A program made the translations under genes and the position numbers. A stretch of 64,000 nt of DNA from Candidatus Poribacteria bacterium (GTDB taxonomy: Bacteria > Poribacteria > WGA-4E > WGA-3G): NCBI GenBank assembly GCA_965198235.1, contig OZ240248.1, positions 3,712,001-3,776,000 on the forward strand. Reading direction: 5' to 3'. Below the pieces are notes generated by a model. The model worked only from the letters and a program-made list of their open reading frames with translations. It had not been told where the DNA came from and did not search any database. Below are positions 49,221-59,141 of this stretch, piece by piece (position 1 is the stretch's first letter; each line of letters starts with the position of its first letter).

Positions 49221-50045
49221 TCAAAAATCAGAGGATTTCGCAACGAGACGCCAATGTTGACTGCACTCCAGCGGCCAATCGGTACAAATAGCGTCCATTT
49301 TGATGGCGCGGGCTTTGTCCCAGATGTCAGATTGCTTCGCACCGATGTGCAAGGCGAGCCAAACTTGTTTACCGAGCTTATGAGCCTGTTCCATCGCTTT
49401 CGCATTCGGAATGAAATGCACCCACAAGCAGTCTGCGAGTGGATCCTGCAGTGCTGCGGCAAACTTATCGGCTTCACTGTTATTTAGATATACCGTGGTC
49501 TTTAGTTTCGGATTGGCTTGTTTGAATCGACAACTCGAATCGCTGGGCTGACCGAAGGCGCAGAGTTGATTAAACAGTCCGTATTTTTCGACGAGCTGCA
49601 CGATGTTCTGCTCAATCCTCGGCGAGATGAGTTTCATATTCAGTGCGATGGTCACCGGAGTTCGCTGACGCTCGCGAATGAGTTTGAACACCTCTTCTAA
49701 TGTCGGTACCTTCTCACCATTGAAACGCTGATCGAACCAACTTCCGGCATCCAGTTTTCGGATTTCCGCCAAGGTCATTTTAATTACTTCGCCGGTGCCG
49801 TTGGTCGTGCGGTCCACAGTCTTGTCGTGAATGACCACCAGGTGTTCGTCGCGTGTTTGGTAGACGTCCAACTCTATTGATAAGCCCAACTCGATGGCAG
49901 CGGCAAAAGCGGGTAGAGTGTTCTCAGGCGCGTGCTGCACCAAACCGCGGTGAGCGAGCAAGATTGGATCCGCTACCGACTCATTCGCCGCTGGCTCTGG
50001 CGGCGCGGCGATCGCACACATAAATATCAGCATGTTGAACGACAT
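49221..50045 (-). CDS. Glycerophosphodiester phosphodiesterase
   Basis: AHRG, PENTL, ELDV, HD, TD.P. Confidence 0.93.
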   Translation of the reverse strand: MSFNMLIFMCAIAAPPEPAANESVADPILLAHRGLVQHAPENTLPAFAAAIELGLSIELDVYQTRDEHLVVIHDKTVDRTTNGTGEVIKMTLAEIRKLDAGSWFDQRFNGEKVPTLEEVFKLIRERQRTPVTIALNMKLISPRIEQNIVQLVEKYGLFNQLCAFGQPSDSSCRFKQANPKLKTTVYLNNSEADKFAAALQDPLADCLWVHFIPNAKAMEQAHKLGKQVWLALHIGAKQSDIWDKARAIKMDAICTDWPLECSQHWRLVAKSSDF

Positions 50046-50227
50046 AATTTATCTCCTGGTAGCAAATGAAGCCTCATCTGGCGGAACGAAACGGCGATTT
50101 TCCGATGCATCGAAGCCCGGCTTGTTGTTTTCCTTGGTTGCACTAAAGGAATTGACGGATACCCTCTCAACCACGTTGCACGGCATCATAGTAAAGTCGA
50201 AAGATAACTCTCACTGCGAGGCAGTTT

Positions 50228-50289
50228 TGTAGCATAAACTGTTAGTTTGGGTTTCCTCTGTAGGACGCAGACTAACAGTCTACGCTACA
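50228..50289. repeat. GTAG-type REP doublet / long hairpin
   Basis: TGTAGCATAAACTGTTAGTTTG and inverted CAGACTAACAGTCTACGCTACA; single arms near 17148 and 48205. Confidence 0.75.
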
Positions 50290-50555
50290 GTAGAGGTGTC
50301 CAAGTAATTATGGGCTTTACTATAACTGCAAAAATGATAACACACTTAGCCAAAATAGTGGAGAGAAAAGATAGAAATACGTGGATTCGGTAAAAGAGAC
50401 GGGTTCTTATACGGAATCAACACCGACTGTCAGACGCGCCTTCGACTTTGTCTATGTCTCCTCAAAGTGGTCCCTTACTATTCATGCATAAATTTTGACT
50501 TCCTGAGACCCACCCTACGAAAGAAAACCTGCGCGCGAAAGATGGGTATTTTTCT

Positions 50556-50582
50556 GAACAAATTCAGCCCTTATTTGCCTAA
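50556..50582 (+). promoter_or_regulatory. Putative ECF sigma promoter (copy 2)
   Basis: GAACAA-N16-CCTAA(TCTAA) ~55 nt before ATG 50640. Confidence 0.5.
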
Positions 50583-52727
50583 TCTAAGTAAAGAACGTAT
50601 GCTTCCCATAAAAATTCCCAACGCTTAGAGAGGAAACAAATGAAACGGAAACATGTTATTATAACCCTTTTCCTGTGTGCAGTGGTATTTTCATTGGCAG
50701 TCGTCCTAAACACTTGGACCCAAGATGAGCTGTCGAAAGAAGAGACACGATTTGACCTTGACCAGAATGATGAACTCAGTGACGCTGAAAAGCAACTCAT
50801 GTTTAGGGTGATGAGACTCGAAGCCGCCAGAGGCACCAAGTTCAGTGCGCAACAGATACGTGAGATGCTAAGTGGGCAGCGGGATAGATCCCGTCGAAGG
50901 GGTGGGTTCGGTGGACGACGCGGTTCCAGGGAGCCTTCAGGACCGCGCTTGGATCCGGAACAGGTCGCATTCAAGGATGGTGCAGCTACAGTCCCCGATC
51001 GCGAAACCTTTGAAAAATTATCGTATCAAGGAACAGATGTACGTATTGACACGCAACTTACCGGAATTGAATTTGTAAAATTTCAGATTGAGAATACACA
51101 TACACAAAATCCACAACTCTATTTCATGAATACGGAGACCCATCGCTCCCATGGTAGTTTCATGAGTGCTGCTGGTTTGGGGCGAGGGCAAGGACAGATG
51201 CGTGGTGTGCTTAGCTACCGTCCGCTTTTCATGGCTCCAAATGGTGAACCCGGTGTTTATACCTTTGAATTTAATCCAAACGATGCATTCCCGTTTGAAG
51301 AGATCAAACTTGCGCACGATCTGCTTGTGGCGAAGATGCCTGTACTGAAAAATAGGCTTGGTTATTGCCCATTGTGGGGCGCGATCGACATTTATGATCG
51401 AGAAAAGGCACTCTATGACGCTGCAGAATTCCCTGTTTATTTTGAGGACGATCTCTATGCGAATATCGGCTACCTTCCGCTGAATCAAGCAGCGTCATTC
51501 GGTCGACTGCGTATATTGGAGACAGACGAACGTCCTACAGTTCGTGACATCGTCATTTGCAAAACTCTACCGAACGAGATGCCACGAGTTGCTGGGGTAA
51601 TCACCGGAGTTCGACAGACACCGCTTTCACACGTCAATCTTCGTGCGATTCAGGACAAAGTCCCCAACGCCTTCATCGCCACGGCGTGGGAAAACAAGGA
51701 GATCGCACCGCTCATCGGTAGATATGTCTACTATGAGGTGAACGCCGATGGCTTTGAGATTAGGGAGGCAACGTTTAAGGAAGTAAAGACACACTTCGCC
51801 GATTTACGTCCGTCGAAGACACAGAAACCTGGGCGTGATCTCTCTGTTCCGAAGGTGTTGCCGCTTGACAGCATCGGTTTTGCAGACGCTGCACGCTTCG
51901 GTGTGAAAACGGCTAATCTGGCAACGCTTCGGACGTTAGGATTTCCCGCAGGTACAGTACCAAACGGTTTTGGTGTGCCGTTGTACTTTTACGATGCGTT
52001 CATGAAACACAACGGCTTCTATGCAGAGGCACTACTCAAAGATTCCAAATTTCAGGATAATTACGACACGAGGGAGGCTGAACTGAAAGGGTTGAGAGAG
52101 CGCATCGAGAAGGGTGAAATGCCGACATGGATGATGGACGCACTTTCGGAATTACAGAACGCATTTCCAGAGGGCACATCCCTCCGATGCCGTTCCAGTA
52201 CTAACAACGAGGATTTACCCGGCTTCAGTGGAGCAGGCTTATATGATTCCTATACACATCACCCAGACGAAGGACACCTATCCAAGTCGGTTAAACAAGT
52301 GTTTGCAAGTCTCTGGAATTTCCGTGCATTTGAAGCACGCGAATTCTATCGCATTGACCACTTCGCTACGGCTATGGGGGTACTTGTCCATCCCAATTTC
52401 GCAAACGAATTGGCGAATGGGGTTGCTGTAACTGATGATGTTGTTTATCAAACGGTCGGAAATTACTACCTCAACACGCAGGTTGGCGAGGACCTCGTGA
52501 CGAACCCTGAAGAGCAATCCATTCCTGAAGAAGTTCTCATGGATTGGTGGGACAGCACTAACTACAGGGTTGTGAAAACTTCCAATCGCACAGAAGACAA
52601 CAAGCGAATCTTGACGGATGCCTATCTACGTGAACTAAGTCGTTATCTTATGGTAATACACAACAAATTCAGCCAGTTATACGGTCCCTGAAGTGCATAC
52701 GCTTATTTAGACCACAATTTCGCAAAG

Positions 52728-53576
52728 TTAAGATAAGGTTTGTCGTTGAAATTCCATAGGAGTCAAATACCCTAACGCCGAATGCGGGCGTTTCTGATGA
52801 TACACCTGTGTGATAAAATGTCCGATGCGATCTCTCGCCTCGGTGATGCTTTGATAGTCATTGATGTGAACTTCTTCCTCTTTGAGCGTGCGAATGAGTC
52901 TTTCCGCATATCCGTTCTCCCAAGGCCGTCCGCGCTGTGCGACGGAAATCTCAACGCCATGTTCTTGGAGCGTTGTGATGTAGGCACTTGAAAGATACTG
53001 CACGCCTTGATCGGAATGATGAATCTCAGGGACGCTGTGGCGTAATGCTTCTTTGAGCGGTTTGAGCGTCAGAGATTGGTTCAAGTGCTGACTGATCTGC
53101 CAAGCTTTGATGATTCGGGTGAAAACATCCATGAGCAGGCAGACATAGATGAAACGTCCATTGAGACGAACATAGGTAATATCAGACACCCAGACCTGAT
53201 CCTGACGAGAGACTTCAAGGGTTTCGAGCAGGTTGCTCCAAGGTTTTTCACCCTGAAGCGATTTTGTTGTTTGACACGCACGCTTGACAGTGACCAAAAG
53301 ATTCCTATTTTTCATCAATCGTGCGACGCGTCGGGTCCCAACGGTGTGTCCCATACGCAGTAGCAACTGCGTGATACGCCTATACCCGTATCTCGGATAC
53401 CGTCCCGCAAGCGTCTCTATTTCCGATCGTAGCAGATCTTCGGACGGATCCTCTTGGGGGTGATAATAGAAACTGCTGCGGTTGAAACCGAGTGTTTCAC
53501 AAATCTCTCGCACGGAATACTCCTTGTGCAATGCCGAAATGAGGCTTCGCTTTTCGGATAAGGTCATTTCAACCAA
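52728..53576 (-). CDS. IS3 transposase OrfB (DDE)
   Basis: YGYRR, WVSDITY, HHSDQG, NGYAER, RPHSALGY. Confidence 0.95.
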   Translation of the reverse strand: MVEMTLSEKRSLISALHKEYSVREICETLGFNRSSFYYHPQEDPSEDLLRSEIETLAGRYPRYGYRRITQLLLRMGHTVGTRRVARLMKNRNLLVTVKRACQTTKSLQGEKPWSNLLETLEVSRQDQVWVSDITYVRLNGRFIYVCLLMDVFTRIIKAWQISQHLNQSLTLKPLKEALRHSVPEIHHSDQGVQYLSSAYITTLQEHGVEISVAQRGRPWENGYAERLIRTLKEEEVHINDYQSITEARDRIGHFITQVYHQKRPHSALGYLTPMEFQRQTLS

Positions 53577-53851
53577 TCCAAAGCTTTTTTTTGGATGTCT
53601 AATGCCACGGTTAATCTCCCAACAAGCTGCTCAAGATGGGCGATACGCTTCTCGGAAACCTCACTCGACTGCTTATCAGTAGAGTCAAACAGCGTCGACG
53701 CATTTTCAAGCAACTGTCGCTTCCACTGTGAGAGTTGATTTTCGTTGAGATTATGTCGTCGACACACTTCTGCTTGGGAAGTCGCACCGCTGAGGACTTC
53801 AAGAACAACTTCAGCTTTAAACTCAGGCGTGAATTTTCTTCGTTTCGCCAT
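53564..53851 (-). CDS. IS3 OrfA (HTH) with -1 frameshift site
   Basis: MAKRRKFTPEFKAEVV; A8G slippery run at 53584-53592 on minus strand. Confidence 0.93.
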   Translation of the reverse strand: MAKRRKFTPEFKAEVVLEVLSGATSQAEVCRRHNLNENQLSQWKRQLLENASTLFDSTDKQSSEVSEKRIAHLEQLVGRLTVALDIQKKALDWLK

Positions 53852-54413
53852 CGGATAACTCCTTTCTAATGAGATTGTATTGTAGCACAATCTTCCTTTA
53901 GGGAGTGGTCTAAAAAACCGTAGGCAGTACACCCGCTGCGCAAACGGCGGATTTCGCTATGGAGATTGAGTTCAAGATTACAAAGGACGGTAAATTCTCG
54001 GTTAAGCAGGCGAGACCGTGGGTGCGATGAGTTTATTGTCTTCAACCAATGTAGGTGCGGAGCAAGTTTGAATATTAAATATGCACACTACACGTTGATG
54101 GCGGTCGGGGAAACCCCGCTCCTACGAGTTCGACGCTTGACAGAGAATCGAAAGATTATTTCTTAATATTACTGGTTTCATGAAGTTTAAATAAATATTT
54201 CGGTAATTCCATAACCATATCGGGTGCGGTTAGGAATGCAGATCGCAAATGTAAAGCAAAGACAAATTTTGCCGCGTGTGGGCAAAATTTGGGCGAGTAC
54301 GCCGCAAAACCGCACCTACCGGGCCTGGGGGAATAAATATTACCGAATTAAATTCTTAATTTTCATCCAACCGCACCGGACCTCTTCTTTTTCTGATCTA
54401 ACACATTTGTTGA

Positions 54414-56654
54414 TTACGGATTCCACCAGTACGTCATTTTCCCGACAACCGTCCAGCCGAGGAGTTTGACCCCGCCATCACGAGTGTCGTAACTCTGATC
54501 GAAGACAAGGTAGAAATCGCTGCCGGGACGGTAGATATAGTTGACTAAAAAGTTAGCGGAGAACACGTCCCTGTCGGTGCTCCATTGTGTGAACAATTTC
54601 GTGAAAAGTGTCGTTGAGAAGGAGTAGCCGATACGTCCGCCGAAAGCATTGGCATCGAATTCTTCATCAGGCAGGGTAATACGGTTAAATTCAATAAACG
54701 GTTCGATACTAAGCCTCGCAGTCGGTCTGGCGATCGCATCTATTAAGAAACCACGTCTCGTGCCGTTATAAAACTCGCCGAATTCCACTTGCAGTTGTGC
54801 AGCAATCATACGACTGCTGCTGGTCCGAATCGAGGTCTGGAACGAAGTAAAATTGTAATCGTCAACTGGGATGCTTACCCCTTGAATCCGAAAATTATGA
54901 TCGAGATTTTCTGTCATGTTCTTGATTTGGAACCTGATGTCATCCCCTGTTTCAAACTCAAATTGCGTATCAAAAGTTATCTCTTGGGTTTCCAATTCGT
55001 TCTCTTGTGTCAGAACGAGATCGATCTCCGGACCAATCTGAATCTCACGGATACCAAATTTGTCTGGCCATGGCGTGTAGCTGGCATCACCGCGAAAGCG
55101 CCGGACATCCCTACGTTGAATGTAACCGACTTCCGGATTAAAGTCCTCGCCAATGTCTGTATATGAACCGTCGAGTCGAAACAGATTCGTCCGCCAATCA
55201 CCACCAATAAAGAAGGCGTTGCTATTTCCAGAGATATCCGCTTCAAAGGTGCGAGACCACAATCCTTGGACATTAATTTCTCTCGTTGGTCGGTACGAAA
55301 AATCAAGTCCCATCGTCCGGTTGTAGGCATCGATATCTTGCTTATTAATGACAATTCCTCCAACAGTCGATCCTTTTAGGATGTCTCGGTTCACCCGCAC
55401 CACTGAATAGTTCGTCCGTGGCTCATCGACGGGGGGTTGACCTATCTGAAATTCGTCATCTTTAAACTTGTTCGTCAACACATTCAGAATCCCTATACCG
55501 TAAGGTCCGATTTTCCCGGTCATTTTGCCACCACCGAGAATCGGAATTGCGTGCCCTTTTGCGAGTCCGATGCGACGGCTATAAAAGAGCAGTAAAGGTG
55601 GTGGTCTACGGAAACTCGGACGTGGAATCCCGACATCGAAAATACTGGCACCTTCTAAGAAAAACGGACGCTGCTCCGGGAAAAAGAGACTGAAACGGGT
55701 CAGGTTTACCTGCTCTTGGTCTGCCTCCACCTGCGCGAAATCGGTGTTAACAGTCAAATCGGCAGTCAGGTTTGAAGTTACGCCGTATTTGAGGTCCAAG
55801 CCGGCTTCGAACACACTTTCAGTTTCTTTTGTTGACGATACGTAACTCGCACCCGGTAATACATAAGGTAGCAATTCCAGATGTCTTGATGGAGTAATAC
55901 CCTCTAATCCTTCGAGTGTGCCAAAATAGGCAGTCCGATACTTCGCCAACCCTCCGTACGTCTTGGGCGCCTCGTTCCATGCATCAATTTCCTGCTTTCG
56001 TGCGATTTCGCGTCCGAAATTTACGCCCCAGTTCATCACCTCGCTTTGTTCAAAACGGAGCTGGCTAAACGGAATTGCGATTTCCGCTGTCCAATGGTCT
56101 TCGTTAATTCTACAACGGCACTCCCAAACAATATCCCAGCTTTGGTTGAGGCTACCACCGCTGTTAGATACCGCCGTGTCTTCTATCCCGCCGACGGGGG
56201 TGAATCGAAAGAAGACAGCGTTTCGCCGGTCGTTGTAGGTATCCAAGAGTAGAAAGCCGTAGTCGTTGGAACGCAAACCTGGAGAGTCCCGACGCATGTC
56301 GTTAGCGACAATCTTGTCCATCTCTGAATCGAAAAAAATGAAACCGAAGTACAGCTTTTTGTCATCATAAAGAATGCGTACTTCGGACTCTTCTGTCGCC
56401 GGTTCACCTTGGTCTGGCTGGATTTGGTATAATTGACGGATCGGCTCTACGCTTTGCCAAACGGCTTCGTCAAGCACCCCATCGACTTTGATTTCCTCAG
56501 AAGTCCGGTGTGCTGACATACGTGGTAGCTCCCGTTCGGTCTGCGCATCGGCACCGTGTGGAACAAATAGCATGCACATCCACAGTAGGAGGAAAAATTT
56601 GGTCTTTCGTATATGTCGGTTAAATTGAAAGTCAGTAGTGGAATGTTGCATCAT
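54414..56654 (-). CDS. CBM9-like / DUF5916 outer-membrane protein
   Basis: VDGVLDE..W, WTAEIAIPFSQLRF, NTDFAQVEAD, PEQRPFFLEG, YSRRIG. Confidence 0.9.
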   Translation of the reverse strand: MMQHSTTDFQFNRHIRKTKFFLLLWMCMLFVPHGADAQTERELPRMSAHRTSEEIKVDGVLDEAVWQSVEPIRQLYQIQPDQGEPATEESEVRILYDDKKLYFGFIFFDSEMDKIVANDMRRDSPGLRSNDYGFLLLDTYNDRRNAVFFRFTPVGGIEDTAVSNSGGSLNQSWDIVWECRCRINEDHWTAEIAIPFSQLRFEQSEVMNWGVNFGREIARKQEIDAWNEAPKTYGGLAKYRTAYFGTLEGLEGITPSRHLELLPYVLPGASYVSSTKETESVFEAGLDLKYGVTSNLTADLTVNTDFAQVEADQEQVNLTRFSLFFPEQRPFFLEGASIFDVGIPRPSFRRPPPLLLFYSRRIGLAKGHAIPILGGGKMTGKIGPYGIGILNVLTNKFKDDEFQIGQPPVDEPRTNYSVVRVNRDILKGSTVGGIVINKQDIDAYNRTMGLDFSYRPTREINVQGLWSRTFEADISGNSNAFFIGGDWRTNLFRLDGSYTDIGEDFNPEVGYIQRRDVRRFRGDASYTPWPDKFGIREIQIGPEIDLVLTQENELETQEITFDTQFEFETGDDIRFQIKNMTENLDHNFRIQGVSIPVDDYNFTSFQTSIRTSSSRMIAAQLQVEFGEFYNGTRRGFLIDAIARPTARLSIEPFIEFNRITLPDEEFDANAFGGRIGYSFSTTLFTKLFTQWSTDRDVFSANFLVNYIYRPGSDFYLVFDQSYDTRDGGVKLLGWTVVGKMTYWWNP

Positions 56655-56732
56655 AGGTGAGTGCCTCCTTTTTAGCAAGTGCTGTGTAAAAGGCGGGGTT
56701 ATAAACCCCACCGTCAGTTTCTTCCTTCTACA

Positions 56733-57287
56733 TTAGCGATGATAGATGCTAACCTCCATCCCATCACGTCTACCGGGTCGCCTCCGACTCTCAAACCAGT
56801 GTGTTTCGGAGTCGTAGTGTGAACGGACATGCTCCAGATACTCAGCCATTTGCTCCGCTCTGCCGACGTTGTCAGCGACAATAGTCGCTGGATTGGTTAG
56901 ACGCGATTCAATCGCTTGGAAACAGGAGAAGTAACCCTCTTTGTTGTTATCAAGGAACAGGAAATCTACCGGTTCTTGAATGGTTTTGAGGACTTCTGCA
57001 GCATCCCCAATCCGTGAATCGACAAGATCCGCCACACCTGCCTGTTCAAAATTGTGGCACGCCCGTTGTGCATTGTCAAGGTTTATTTCCACCGTTATCA
57101 AACGTCCCGCACCTAAAGTTTTCAGCACGCGTAACATCCACAACCCAGAATAACCGATAGCAGTTCCGCACTCCATGATTAGCGACGGTTTCGCTTTTTC
57201 AACACAACTTGCGGGCAGCCGCGCTTTATCGGGTCCCAACATCGGAATTCGTTCTTCCCGACATTGGATCGTCCGTGGTCGTTTCAC
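56733..57287 (-). CDS. Class I SAM-dependent O-methyltransferase (possibly 5'-truncated)
   Basis: ECGTAIGYSG, FLFLD, VADN; no clear RBS or start. Confidence 0.75.
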   Translation of the reverse strand: MKRPRTIQCREERIPMLGPDKARLPASCVEKAKPSLIMECGTAIGYSGLWMLRVLKTLGAGRLITVEINLDNAQRACHNFEQAGVADLVDSRIGDAAEVLKTIQEPVDFLFLDNNKEGYFSCFQAIESRLTNPATIVADNVGRAEQMAEYLEHVRSHYDSETHWFESRRRPGRRDGMEVSIYHR

Positions 57288-57301
57288 CGATCCATCGGAA
57301 A

Positions 57302-57904
57302 TTAAAGTGGGAATTTCTCATTGATCAGCATAAGCGGTTCCTGATTTGCTAACACCCAATAGGCGCGACTGATAAACTTTTCACCTTCAAGATGTGCGAC
57401 AGCGGACGGTAGATCGGTTAGGACCTCGATACCGCACCAGAGCAACTCACGTCGAGTCTCTAAACCACTGCACCGCAGAAGCCCACCGAGTCCTTGTTTG
57501 TCGGATTCCAAACCGTTCAAAATAGATTCTGGCAGACGTTGAGGCACAATGAGTGAGTCTGCGTAAGTATGAATTATAGGTGATGATTCTTCCTGTGAAT
57601 GGGTTTGGAGTACCACTTGCCGTGAGATAATCTCTGCTCCCGCAGGCAGTTGAAGCCATGTATGTTCAGTAGATAGTGTCTGTTTTGCTTGCTGTAGTAA
57701 GGTTACCTCTACCGGCATGAGCGTGTACGCTTCGATGAACCGCGTAACCGTCCCATCGGCGACGAGTAACCCACGTTGGAATGGCGTGAGGCGTGCGAGG
57801 TTAATTTTTCTTAATGTGTCAGGTTTATCGTCTTGTGCGACAAAGAGTGATTTCATCCGTGTGTTGACGAAAGTTCCTGATTGTGAGATTGTGTCTGCTT
57901 TCAT
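57302..57904 (-). CDS. Chorismate pyruvate-lyase-like / DUF98 protein
   Basis: LLVADGTVTRFIEA, RQVVL, YADS, LGGLL...LETRRE, LINEKFP. Confidence 0.8.
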   Translation of the reverse strand: MKADTISQSGTFVNTRMKSLFVAQDDKPDTLRKINLARLTPFQRGLLVADGTVTRFIEAYTLMPVEVTLLQQAKQTLSTEHTWLQLPAGAEIISRQVVLQTHSQEESSPIIHTYADSLIVPQRLPESILNGLESDKQGLGGLLRCSGLETRRELLWCGIEVLTDLPSAVAHLEGEKFISRAYWVLANQEPLMLINEKFPL

Positions 57905-58021
57905 AATGGAAGTTCTCTTTTTTTGTGGAGGAAGCACGTTCACTCAAAGGTGGCATGCAATGTTTAGGTTTGTTGCTCAATTTAGACACGTAAGTCTGAA
58001 AAAAGGTTCGTGAATATGCAT

Positions 58022-58050
58022 TTGACATACCAATCGTAATGGCATATACT
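58022..58050 (+). promoter_or_regulatory. Sigma70-type promoter
   Basis: TTGACA-17-TATACT upstream of TPR gene. Confidence 0.65.
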
Positions 58051-58075
58051 ATCGGCAAAACTATATCTCAGCAAG

Positions 58076-58957
58076 GTGAACGTTATGACTCCTGGTGATG
58101 TTTACGTCCGATCTATATCTCTTTTCTTAATCAGTGCCTCTTTACTCTTCAGCGGTTTCACGGCAATCGCAGGAGAACTTCCGTTATCCCTTGGCAAACA
58201 TCTCTTCACGCAAGGCAACTACGATGCTGCCATCACCGAATATAAACGTTTCCTCTTCTTCCATCCAGATGATGCGCGTGTTGGCGAGGTATATCACAAC
58301 ATCGGACTCGCCTACAGAGCACAGGGGCTGTGGACAGAAGCAGTCACCTCCTTGCGGGCGGCTACACATCTTGCTACAGATGACGAAGCAAAATCGGAAT
58401 ACCAACTGGAACTCGCCGTGACGCTGATCGCCGCGCAGGACTACGACCTCGCCCGATTGGAATTAATTAAAGTGACGATGCGAGCCCCTTCCGCGCAGTT
58501 GGACCGACGCGCACTTTTCTTGCAAGCCGTTGCACATATCTATCAGTTTCGATGGGAGGATGCCCGCGAGACCCTGCGAAACTATACTACCGATGAAAGA
58601 CTGGATATGCTCTTTGATGCCGCTACTGATATATCGCTGAAATCTGCCAAGCTTGCGAGGGTGTTATCTACAATCTTTCCTGGGGCGGGACAAATCTATG
58701 CAGGCGATTGGAGAGGTGGGTTAAATGCGATTGCCCTGAACGGTGCCCTCGGTTTTCTCACCGTTGATGCAGCGTTAGATGGACATTATGTAGACGCGGC
58801 GTTGTTCGGAGGGTTGATTTTCTGGCGTTACTACCGAGGTAACACCTTTCGTGCCGGACAAGCGGCTGAGCAATTCAACCAGCAGGAATCTCGCAGAGCC
58901 GCCGATGCAATCTTGCAGCGACTCCAAGAAATTGTTGGTACACCTTTAAAGCCCTAG
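58076..58957 (+). CDS. TPR protein, paralogue of 43181-44065
   Basis: EYKRFLFF, TPR helices, LSTIFPGAGQIY tail. Confidence 0.85.
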   Translation: MNVMTPGDVYVRSISLFLISASLLFSGFTAIAGELPLSLGKHLFTQGNYDAAITEYKRFLFFHPDDARVGEVYHNIGLAYRAQGLWTEAVTSLRAATHLATDDEAKSEYQLELAVTLIAAQDYDLARLELIKVTMRAPSAQLDRRALFLQAVAHIYQFRWEDARETLRNYTTDERLDMLFDAATDISLKSAKLARVLSTIFPGAGQIYAGDWRGGLNAIALNGALGFLTVDAALDGHYVDAALFGGLIFWRYYRGNTFRAGQAAEQFNQQESRRAADAILQRLQEIVGTPLKP

Positions 58958-59141
58958 CAGGACGATAGGTCTATAGTGGTTTCTCCTTGTTCCGCAGGTT
59001 TCCTAAGATCATGGTCCCTCTCGGTCAAGAAACCTGCCCCAGAAAAATAAGCCGAAGCATTTAGCACGTAATGTAATGGAGTGCGGATATACGGAAAGGA
59101 ACATGAATGTTCCAACCCACCTGACCGAACCGCAAGGAAAA

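Larger units (their letters stand above)
52689..53931 (-). mobile_element. IS3-family insertion sequence, 1243 bp
   Basis: TG...CA ends; imperfect 27-bp IRs (TGAAGTGCATACGCTTATTTAGACCAC / TGTACTGCCTACGGTTTTTTAGACCAC); CCC duplication at 52686-88 and 53932-34. Confidence 0.96.
50640..54030 (+). pseudogene. PEP/pyruvate-binding (PPDK N-terminal ATP-grasp) domain gene interrupted by IS3
   Basis: RSSTNNEDL..FSGAGLY; removing the IS and one CCC restores YGP-AAQTADFAMEIEFK...KQARPWVR* (53935-54030). Confidence 0.9.

Noticed and set aside
44066-58075. Prophage or integrative island
   Set aside because: No integrase, phage genes, tRNA or att repeats seen
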